Source: Squalus acanthias (lineage: Eukaryota). From it: DNA of 64,000 bases. Shown one piece after another: positions 11,401 through 23,400 of this stretch. Within the stretch, counting starts at the first letter, position 1; every line of letters starts with the position of its first letter. Under the pieces are notes generated by a model. The model saw only the letters and a list, made by a program, of their open reading frames with translations, was not told the origin of the DNA and made no database searches. The stretch spans positions 38,068,001 to 38,132,000 of the forward strand of contig CM059438.1 in NCBI GenBank assembly GCA_030390025.1, read 5' to 3'. Position numbers and translations under genes: made by a program.

Positions 11401-14400
11401 TTCTGGTCGCCACATTACAGGAAATATGTAATTGTACTAGCGAAAGTACGGAGGAGATTTACAAGGATGTTGCCAGGACTGGAAAATTTTAGCTGTGAGG
11501 AAAGATTGGATAGGCTTGCGTTGTTTTGTTTGGAACGGAGGAGGCTGAGGGGAGACCAAATTGAGGTGTATAAAATTATGAGGGCCTAGATAGAGTGGAT
11601 AGGAAGGACCTATTTCTCTCAGCAGAGAGGTGAATAATTAGGGGGCATAGATTTAAAGTAATTGGTAGAAGGATTAGAGGGGAGTTGAGGAGAAATGTTT
11701 TCACCCAGAGGGTGGGGATCTGGAGCGCACTGCCTGAAACCCTCATCACATTTAAAAAGTGCTTGGATATGTACTTGAAGTGCCGTAGCCTACAAGGCTA
11801 CAGACCAAGTGCTGGAAAGTGGGATTAGGCTGGATAGCTCTTTTTCGGCCGGCACGGACACAATGGGCCGAACGGCCTCCTGTGCCGTAAATTTCTGATT
11901 CTATTCTAAAGGTGACTCAGAATGTTCATTATTCTTGGGTAACAAGAGTAACTAATTGTTCATAACCATAATGGCCCAAAAATTCGTGAGGAAGCCTTCG
12001 TGCGAGGGTAAGGCTTCCCCGCGATCTCTCACTGCGCGTTGGCTTTTTCAGTTCCAGCTCGCACGAACTTGATGTTCTGGACAGCTGCTGTGCTGGGCTT
12101 GCGTATCCCACAGGCGTAGTTAATTCGTGCGAGCTGTGGGATCACGTGACTCAGTTAGAGCCAATGGCAGCACACCATCTTCCATTCATAACTTTCACAT
12201 AAGTGCTGTGAAAGCTATGAATCTGTACCCCCCCAAAAGAACAGCTAAACCTCAATTAAATAAAAAAAAAACCATCACATTAATAAAATAAGTATAGTTA
12301 AATAAATTAACCATTTTAAATAAAAAATTAAATTTTTGAAAAATTTAAAATCTTTTTAAAAGTTATAAAAATAAACTTACCTGTCTTTAAAGTCTCTAAA
12401 AAAGATATACCTGTTAAAAAAAATTCAAAATCATACTTAATTCACTACTTACCTTGTTAAAAGTGGGTCTTACTCCTTTTTTTATGTGTAAAATCTTCCG
12501 TACTTACCTGCGCGTTGAAACCACTAAGTGCACTGCATGCGCGCAGCCTGTAGCGCGCACGCGGTTCAGCTAGGAACCGCCCCCTTTTCCATTCACCAAG
12601 TGCCGGTTTTCAGCGCATGCAGAAAACCGGCAATTGGAGACAGAATACGCGAGAGTACGCAGTGCGTACTCTCGCGTAGCGGCACTAATTTTTGGGCCAA
12701 TAACTGAAAGGGGCAATTCAATCGAAGAAGCCCGTTTGAGAACTACCAAATTAATTAGACAAAATATACAATTGGGCTGAATATCAGATTAAATTTAATA
12801 ACAAAAAAATAGGAAGAAAGATGGACAACAAGAACTTTCATGCATGGTGTTGAAATTGTAAGGGCAACGTTGACAGATTTAGAGCTTTTCGTCACATTTT
12901 TGCTCTGCAATGATTTAATCAACAAAGCAAGTGGAATGCTGAACCGTGTAGCAGTGGAGTACAAATTGAAGGAAATCATGGTATAATGATAGTGTTCTGA
13001 TCCGATCATGCCTTGAGAGCTGGGTATTGCTCCGGAAACAGTACAGAGATGATCCACAGGATTGGTTTCTAGTGTCAGAAGACAGTAATGAGAAGAGAGA
13101 ATTAAAGACCTTTTCATTCTCAAAAGGTGGCAGTGGTGTATAAGATGATAACTTGTGCAAAAGAGCTAAAATGGAACATTACTTTAAACTAACAGTAGGA
13201 CAAGGGTGCACGGGTTCTAATTTGTAAAAGGCTAATTTAAGATTGGCAGTTCTTCGCACAGAGGGAACAATGTATGGAATGGATTTCTAGATGGAGTCAT
13301 ACAGGTGAAAACCATGGGACAGTTGAAGAAATGATTGGATGCTGTGATGGGCAGACGAAGTTCATTGAGCTGAAAGTGCTAAGATGGACAAAATGACCAC
13401 CTTCATCTGCATTTATTTTGAGATAATTCCCCCCTCCAAATATTGCGAGTTTGTTTCATCATGAAAGGGTACAATAATATCATGATGAAAATGTTCTGCG
13501 TTTAAAATGAAAATTTAGGTATTGACCATAGTCCAAATTTGATAAATAATTGGCCTTTTCAGCCTGTCCCCAGGCAACTACATTGGCCATGAACATAGAA
13601 TAATACTTGAAACAGAAAGCCTTGTGCATTAGAACAGAAAAGGGCATTTGAACATAATAATCTAGTGTTTGACTGGAAAATGATGTATTGTGTTTCACTT
13701 GTTGGCAGGAGATCATTAAGTGTGCTACATGCATGACACTTTAGGTTTCCCTAAAACTTTGAAAACTGGTGTGTATGTGCACTATGTAGCTATACTTGCA
13801 AAGTAATGTTTTGAAAGAAGTTGAAATGGTTTGCATATATCCTTGATGAGACATGGGCCCATAATTTCCGATCGGAGGCTTCCTGCGTGCGGATGCCTCC
13901 TATCGGAAAAAAATCTGCGAACTTACCTGAGGGCTCCCGAGGTCCGGACACTTCCGCTCCTGGCCTCTCCAAACTCGAAATGCGCAGGGCCCACGTATCC
14001 CAGAAGCGCATGCAGTTCGCAAGCGTCCTTGGGATCACGTGGGCCAGGCCAGCCAATAGCAGAAGGGAAGCTCCCTTCATACTTTTGACAGATAGACCTG
14101 TCAAATATATGAATGGAGATCACCCCAAAAACACAGTAAAACATTAAATAAATCAAAAAAAAACACCATGTTTTTAAAATGAGTTAAAATTACAATAAAT
14201 TATATTTTAAACAAAAATTTAATTTTTTGAAAAAAATAATTAAAGTTTTTTACGGGGCTAAAAATAAACTTAACTTTTAAAGTTTTTAAAAAAACTTTTT
14301 TTCAACTCTTATGCTGGTAAAAGCAGGCCGTACTCCTGCTTTTACCAGGCGTAAGATTTCTAAGGGTTTTCTGCGGGCGGAGGTTCTCCAGAAAGCGGAA

Positions 14401-17400
14401 CTTCTCTGGGGCAGGCGTCCAATCTGTCAAGGCTTCGCATGCCTGAAATCGGCATTTCCAATGCCCCTACGGGTGTGTACACAGCCCGTACACACCCGTA
14501 GGCATCGGAAAATACGGGCCATGATATAGCTGGATGAAACAAAACTTCTCCAACTGAATATTGGCATCTTCTTCACCTAAAATCAGTGTCTCTGGCCTTG
14601 AGTCTGTCACCCTTCCTGGCTTCTTTCCCCACATCTGCTTTATCAAAACAACATTCTTCAACGTCCACAATTCTTCCCTACCCCCCCCTCCCCCTCTCCT
14701 TTCCCTTCTGCTGCCAAAACCCGAGTCCATACCTTCATTGCTTCAAGGCATGACTTTTCCAACACTCATTTAGCTGGGCTTTCCACATCAATCCACCATA
14801 AGCTTTAACTCATCCTAAAAGACAATAGTCCAAGTCTTTGTGCACACACTGACCTTTCACCATGTTCCCTTTGCACTGGCTCACTGCTCCGGCATGTCAA
14901 TTTCAAAATTTTCATCTTTTGCTTTCAGTCTCTGTCTGGTCTTGCCCCACCTAACCTTAGTTCTCTCCTTCTGTCTAATGTCTCTGCCTGCACTGGCTAC
15001 TTTACTAACACACAATTGCTCGCTGCACCCTTTACCCTCTTACTTCTTCATTGGTCTTCAGTCATTCAGTTACTATGCAGTTGCTCTGTGGAATTATCTA
15101 CCCAGTTCCCTCTCCCTCACCACTCGCATCTCCAGTCCCTTCTGCGTCATCCCCCCAAACCACTTGCAACAACACTTTCAAACTCCTAACTGTCTAGTCT
15201 TTGGCCCTCCATTCACCACGATACGTCTTCAGCTACTAATCTGCTCAATCACACCCTCCCCTCCACCTTGGATGCTCTTGTCCACAGTAAAACCCTTGCT
15301 CTCTCCCACCTTGGTACGGCCCCCATTTTTGCTCCCTTAAGTCCAAACAACGCAGATGTGAACAATTTTGCTCACAACTAGTTTAGCCATTCAGCACCAG
15401 ATCTGGCTGGACCCGCCAAGCTCTGCCAAAACTGCTCACTATGCCAGGTTCATACTGGAATACAAAGATAACTCCCGGCTTCTTTTCTTCACTCACTCTC
15501 CCCTGCCTGCTCTGCCCTCGCCTCCCAACAACAAGTGTGAAGAGCTATGGACTTCTTTGTCACCAAGATTGAGGCTATCTGTTCAGCTGCCTCTGCTGCG
15601 ACTCTCCCTTCCCCATACCCACCAAGCCAAGCTCCCCCCCACCCCCCCCCCCCCCAAGGTTCTCCTCTGACCTAGCCCTTCAGTTTCTCTCCTACCTCCC
15701 CTTGTGCCCTCTCCGAGCCCATCTTGTCCATGAGACTGACCTCTTGCTCTCTTGACCCTATTCCCACTAAACTGCTGACCACCCAGCTTCCCTTCCTGGC
15801 CCCCATGTTAGCTGGTATTGTAAACAGTTCCCTCCCCTCAGGTACAGTCCCCCTCCAATTTCCTCCAATTAAACATTGAGAAGACCAAAGCCATTGCCGT
15901 CGGCCCTTGCCTCAAACTCTGTTCCCTAGCCACTGATTCAGTCCCCCTCTTGAGCTGAACCAGCCTCAGTGTCCTATTTGACTCTGATCTGAGCTTCCAA
16001 TCCCAAATCTTCGCCATCATAAAGACTGCCTACTTCCACCTCCATAATATCACTCACTTCCTCCCCCTGCCTGAGCTCATCTGCTGCTGAATCTCTCATC
16101 CGTGCTTTTGTTACCTCCGACTCGACTATTCCAATGCTCTCCCGACCGGCCTCCCATCTTCCACCCTCCATAAACTTGAGCTCATCCAAAACTCTGCTGC
16201 CCGTATCCTAACTCGCTCCAAATCCTGTTCACCCATTACCCCTGTGCTCGCTGATCTACATTGGCTCCCAGACTGCCAACGCCTTGATTTTAAAATTCTC
16301 ATCCTTGTGTTCATTTTTTTTTTTAAACCCATTATTTTAACTCTTAGGTTTATGGACCAGAAACCAAACAAAGCGAAATATTTGGAACAGTAAAACCACT
16401 CATTGAGGAAGTTTTGAATGGACAGAACTGTTTGGTGTTTACCTATGGTGTCACCAATGCAGGAAAAACATACACATTTCAAGGTTTGTTTATTTTCTTT
16501 TAAATTATGGAAAGAATATTTTGATTTTCTTTTCTTTAAAAATAATCAAGTGTAACAACATTTAATATTCTGTTTTGTTGTAGGACCAGACCACGACATG
16601 GGTATCTTACCACGGTCGATGAGTGTTCTATTTAAGAGTATTGAAGGAAAGATTTATCAAAATATGAACATTAAACCTCAGAGATGCACAGACTTTAGTA
16701 GATTAACAGAAATGCAAGTGAAAGAAGAGGAGACTATTAAAAAATCAGTACTTCATCTATTTAGAGAGGTAAACAAGTGAATTTACAGTTGAACTAATTC
16801 TTTTTATATTGTATTAAAATCTGTATGAATAAATGTTCTGTATTTAAACTAGCATAATTATTGGTCTTATCTTTCACAGCTGAGGATGAATTAATGCCCA
16901 AACAGCTCTTTACAAAGAATTGTGGATAACTTGATTTTTTTCTAAAAATATTAATTCAAAAATGATAAATTTGTACATTAACTGACTTCAAGTAGATACG
17001 AAACATGAAATTAGTTAATAACGTTAGCTCCATCAATCCTGTTCCTAAAAAAAAAATTAAAACATCTGCACGTTGATTCAGTTCTTACAGTATTTATCTC
17101 ATTATCTCCAACAAAGAATTTTAATCCTGAGGAGGCAGGTTACTGCAGAATAAAGTGCTTTATTAAGAATAAATTATCATAATTAAATTTTAAGGCCACC
17201 CCCTGTAGAGGAGCTTCTGTTTATTTTGTTTAAAGTTGAGGAAACCAAATATTTTTGAGGCTTCAGTAGACCCCACACACTTTCTCTACAAAGTAAACAA
17301 AAATAATTATAGGCTGCATATAGTGACACCACACTTCCTGGCCAGAATGGAGATGATTGAATAATACCCCCATAATTATAATTAGGCTGCATATAGTGAC

Positions 17401-20400
17401 AGCACAAGTCCTGGCCAGATTGGAGATGATTGAATAATTCCTCCATCAATCACCCCTGGAAACTGCACGGCTGAAAGTGACTGGGATTGATTTTACGGAC
17501 ATTATTTGTATTCTGCAACTATCCTCCACTCGCTGCATTTTGCTGGAGAAATAATCCTACTTTTATTGGGAGACTCTGGCCTCACTATCAAGCCCCCACA
17601 ACGGGTGGGAGGAAGTTGGTTGGAGGGGATGGGGTTAAACACTTTAAAAAAAAAAAAAAAAGTAACACGTCCCCAACCCGCTGCATACGCTTACAGCGGC
17701 GGGTTGCAAGGCAGTGCAATTGGGGGCCTGATTTAAATTTAATAGCTGCCAGGCAGGTTTTCCAGGGCTCAGGAAACCTAGCAGCGAAAGGGAGGCAGGA
17801 GCTACTGGCTCCAGAGGTAAGTGCTTTTATAGCACTCCTTGTAAGACAGGAGGAGCAGCAGTTCTTTCCCGCCCCCTCAAGGATGTCTTCGGCTAATCAC
17901 GGCCTCTCTCTAACTCCTGCCGCGATTGGCGCCCTCTCCCCAAGCCCCAATTTGCAGCCTGCCCCGTGATCTGATTCTTGTAAATTTGGCTGGCTGCCGG
18001 GCAGGAAACTGGAGAAAAAAATTGAGGTTGTGTAGTCAAATTCGGCAGTACCGCTGCATCCCCAGCCTTGCCAGTTTCTATCTCGCTTCTCTGCACCCTC
18101 TCCCTGCCTCCCTGTAAATATCTGGGACTCTGCTGTAGTTTGTACAGACTCTGTTTAAATAGACTCTGTTTGTTTGTTGAGTAAATGGCCTCTGTTTGCT
18201 GTCAAATAGACTCTGCTGTAAGTCCAGCCCTGCCTTCAACTCATTGGCTGAGAGAGTGGTGTCAATACCCACTCTGTTATAATTAAATGATTTTTTTTTT
18301 TTAAACAATGGTAGTGTGAAACGTAACTAAGAAAAACAACCAAAGTCTTAAGTTAGACGAGAGAGTTAGCCTATATATCATATTACATTAGCCTGGGGTC
18401 ATGTTGCAAGGTAACGTCCTTGTCCAACTCTGTTATAGCATGCTGTGCCCTCCAAAAGTGGACCCTATATAACTATGGTCATATTGAAGATCATTTTGGA
18501 TTTAAGTAGAGGTAATACATTAAAACACAAACTTTAAATTTTAAAATCTTGTTTTCCCCTTAGAGTGACCAGTGTAATAGGAGCAGTCAGCAGAGTATAC
18601 TAGATGCTACAGAAGGTAAGTTGAACAAGTGTGTATAAAACATGTAAAATTTACTGATTCATTAGTAGTACACTGGGGTATAATTTGATATCGTAAACTT
18701 TAGTCATGAATCAAAATAGTTTTTCTAGACCATGTTATAAACTTTGTGAGTTGGTCTTTTAAGGTTTGTAAATACAAGGGAGCAGCTTTCAGCACCTTTA
18801 TGTTAGGAATAGGGTACTGATTTGTTGCTGATTATGCCTCCTAGGTTATAGACGGGAGGCCACTGAAAAATACTTAGTATTTTTCAATCATCTTAACAAA
18901 TTGTTTGGTGATATGGTCCTGCACTTTTGGGATTCAAATGGCTACGTTACCCCTTCTAAATATGTATTTTCCTTTCAATCTGCCTAACACTTGTATATAA
19001 AAGAAAATGGCAAATGCCAAGAGTAAGAATTCTAATAATGCAACTTGTTTTGAATCATTGTAAAACCACATGCTTCGCTGCAGAGTGCCAAAGTACGCAA
19101 GTATATTTATATTTCCTTTAAAGATGGCTGAAAAGATTTAATTTATATTTAACTTCAGCCCTTGATCTATCTTACTTAAATTTCAAACTGGTTTACTCCA
19201 GTATTGAGCCACATAGTTTGAATGACTGATTAGCAGTCACTCAAACCATGGTTGAAATCCCAATCATTTTCTTCTTGAATTAATGTCACATCTACTGATA
19301 AATGGAACAGAGGAACAGGAGTAGGCCATTCAGCCCAGAGAGCCTGTTCTGCCATTCAGTTAGATCATGGCTGATATGTATGTTGTCTCCATTTACCTGC
19401 CTTTGATCCATATCCCAGGGTGCCCTTACCAAACAAAAATCTATTGATCTCGGTCTTGAAAATTTCAATTGACCCAGCATTCATTGCAGTATGGTGGACT
19501 GAATTCCAGATTTCCACTATCCTTTGTGTACAAAAAAAAAGTGCTTCCTTATTTCACTCCTGAATGGCCTATCTCTAATTTTATGATTGCCCCTTGTTCT
19601 GGATTCCCACCACCAGATGAAATAGCTTCTCTATGTACCCTATCAAATCCTTTTATCATTTTAAACACCTCAATTCGATCACCCCTCGAACTTCTAAACT
19701 TAAGGAGCTAAACGCCAAGTTTATGCAACCTGTCCTCATAACTCCGGTATAATTCTGGTGAATCTGTGCTGTATCCTCTCCAAGGCCAGTATATCCTTCC
19801 TGAGGTGCGGTTCCCAAAACTGAACGTAGTACACCACATTGGGTCTGAGCAAGGTGCCACTTCCTCCCCTTTGTATTCCAACTCTCTTAAAATAAAGATT
19901 CCATTAGCCTTTGGTTACGTTTGGCACCTGCACACTAGCGCTTAGTGATTTTGTGTAGCTGAACACCCAAGTCCCTTTTCTCCTCCACAGTTCCTCGTCT
20001 TGCTAGTAAGAAAATATTTTGATTTTTGTCTTTCTTGGATCCAGGGTGGATGACCTTGTATTTCTCCACATTGAATTCCATCTGTCACTGTTTTGCCCAC
20101 TCACTTAATCTGTCTATGTCCCTTTGTAACTTCCTGCTCCCATCTACACAGTTTACTGTGCCTCCTAACTTCGTGTCATCTGCAAACTCGAATATGCAAC
20201 TCTCTATCCTTTCATCCAAGTCACTGATGTATATGGTGTAAAACTGAGGCCCCCGTACAGACTCATGGGGAGCACGACTTGTCACATCCCACCAATCAGA
20301 GTACACTCCTTTATTCCTACTCCCATTCTCCTAACTTGCAATCAATTAGCAACCCATGTCACAAAGTTACCTCCAATTCTGTGCGCTTTTATTTTTGCTA

Positions 20401-23400
20401 ATCTCTTGTGTGCAACTGTATAAAGTATCTTCAGGAATTCCATGTAGAAAATTTCCATAGACACTCCACTGTCCACCATGTTAGTGACCTCCGGCTCAGT
20501 TACTCCATTAGAATCTCTGAAGGTAAACTGATTTAATCACTTTTTAAAGCAAGATATTTGAAACAGCAACCAAGACCAGGGGAAAAGTGTTAAATCATTT
20601 GTTGTAAGAGTACTGGTGGAGAAACTTGCTTTGTTCACAAAAATTTAATTCAAAATTTGTGTATTGACCAGATATTCTGAATTTTTGGGTCAGTGAAATT
20701 TGCAGAATAAATCAGCAGTGTGTGACTGTTAGGGGCAATATAGCATTTGTAGTTTGTTTCAAATGAGAGACTAATATTTAACTCCTCTGACAATATCCAA
20801 TCCACCAAATAGATTAAAATCTCAAGATGGTGTATTATTGGTTTAACCATTAAAGATTATTTCTTCTTTTAAAGCCGGAAGTTCGCTGAAACCACTTGGT
20901 ATTCTAGGAGATTTTGCCGAACACTTAAAGCATTCCGAACAAGTTGCTGTGCATGCACCAGAAAGGATCAGATTTTCTGTCTGGGTTTCATTTTGTGAAA
21001 TATACAATGAAACGCTTTATGATTTACTTGATCCAGTGCCATATAAATGTCAGAAAAGAAAGATCCTTCGTCTTGCACAGGATGCAAAAGGCAACACTTA
21101 TGTGAAAGGTAATTGAGCAACTATTTAACAGCTTTACAATTTTTGCATAATTGGTACTGAAGGAATAACATTGGCTTCTTACAATGTTTCATTCTTTTTT
21201 TTTTTAAGCCTTATTTTCCTGTGACTAGTAACGAGCAGTTTTACTGTATTATTCAGTACAAGATCAGGGTCTTTTCAAAATGTCAGTGTGCTTTGTTTTA
21301 TTTTTAGATCTAAAATGGATTCAGGTTTCCAATGCAGAAGAGGCATATACAATATTAAAACAAGGGAGAAAGCAGCAAAGTATTGCTTCCACAAAAATCA
21401 ACAGTCTTTCAAGTAGAAGGTAATTTACTTAATTAAATTCAATTACTGATGCAAATGTTGTGTAGTAACAGCTATAAATAATCAATTTGCTTAACTTTGG
21501 TGTGTAATTCTGAGCAAAACCGCATGCTTTAAACCAGTAACAGAGCTGAATTTAAAACTTCTCTTAAATGTTTGTTCTACAGCCATTGTACATTTTCAAT
21601 AAGAATTTTGCATGTGGAGGATGGTGGACTTCATGTTACAAGAGTCAGTGAGTAAGTAGTATATTCTAGTTAAGGAGATTTCTTTTCAATGAAAACATGA
21701 TTATAAAAATTAGCAATGAATCCAAGGGGAAAAGTTGTTTGTCAAAAACTCGAGCTGTAGTGAATTTTATATGGTGTAATTAGCAAACTGTGCCTCTTAA
21801 CTATTCTCTCCCAACATTTGTGTGCCATCTTCACCTCCATCCTTGTCCTTTTTTGTGGTTGGATTATGTCCCTGGTAAGTGGTTTTGGGCAATTAAACCC
21901 ATCAAACCAGCAATCTGCATGATTTAAGAAGCTTTCAACTGTAGGCCTACCCTGCTTCTTTTCTGACTTCCCCACCGACCCACCCACTCCACTTCATCAC
22001 GAGGGCTGCTTACAACTGTACATGAAATCTATGGAGGAGCATCACTACAGCTACATCTGTCAGAAGCAATTCAGACAGACTTTGGACTCTGGATAATCCA
22101 GATTCTGGAATTCTATAAAGATTATTTCAAGAATCTGAACAGTTACAATTCACGTTTTCCCTTTTAACTCTTCTAGTTTACAAACGAACTGCACAATTGG
22201 GAATTCTTCACAAAAGGCTTTTTGCACATTATTTTAGTTGTTTTGGTCTCTTAGACTCTTGGAAGACCCTGCTCCTCAGCAGCAAAAACTTCTAATTTAC
22301 ATAAAGCAAAAATTCTTTGAGGGTGTGATAGTTAATCATTATCAAAGCAAGAATATTGTGATATGTCAAAAATGCACAGACCTCCTTAATATGTCTCTAA
22401 ATTTATGATACAACCTCATGAGAAATGCCACAGAAAATGCTCATGAGTAAATAAATACCCATTATGTGTAATATTCGATGTCTTAACAGCTCATGACTGC
22501 AGACCGGGGGATGTAATCGATGCTTATATGCCTCTCGCCCATCTGTAGAATGTGGGATGGATAAAATAGAGATAATTCACACACAAATCAAAAGAAACAA
22601 GTATTGAGCAGCAAACCTGCTGACATAATAACATAAGAATTAGGAGCAGGAGTAGGTCATATGGCCCCTTGAGCCTGCTCCGCCCTTCGGTAAGATCAAG
22701 GCTGATCTTCGACCTCAACTCCACTTTCCCGCCTGATCCCCATATCCCTTGATTCCCTCAGAGTACAAAAATCAATTATCTATGTCTGCCTTGACTATTG
22801 ACTCCATTTAATGTTTAAGGATGAGCGATTTGAATCCATCTTAAAACTGACTTAAAATACACACCTTAGATAACATTTCTATATTTGTCACACTTGACTA
22901 CTTCTAAGCTAACTGGAATAGGGCATTGTTGTCGTAATATGATGCATGTTCTTGTCTGAGCATCAGTGGCATGCCAAAAACAAGGTTATACTAAATCTCA
23001 AAAGCTAAATACTGTGGATGCTGGAAATCTGAAATAAAGAGAAAATGCTGGAAATACTCAGCAGGTCAGGCAGCATCTGTGGAGAGAGAGAAAGAGTTAA
23101 TGTTTCAGGTCGATGACCTTTTGTCAGAACTGGAAAAAGTTAGAGATGTACCAGTTTTAAACAAGTAGAGGCAGGAAAATGGGGGAGGGGAGGGAAAGAA
23201 CAAAAGGGAAGGTCTATAAAACTCTATAGCTTGTATGGATCAAGTCAGTATCCAGTATTGATGTGAAGGCTGTGGGATTGGTTGGGCAGATTAAAATGTT
23301 GCACCAGTACTTTACCTTTACTGGCAGGAGCCGGCTTCATTATTATGTACTTGATAAACCTTGTATAACTGCTGAAGACCGCTTTAATATTTTGACCATG

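Noticed and set aside
17310-17445. CRISPR-like or other functional repeat array (also 27898-27943, 37863-37936, 18127-18215)
   Set aside because: Only two copies or degenerate units, no unique spacers, eukaryotic intron. These are ordinary local duplications.
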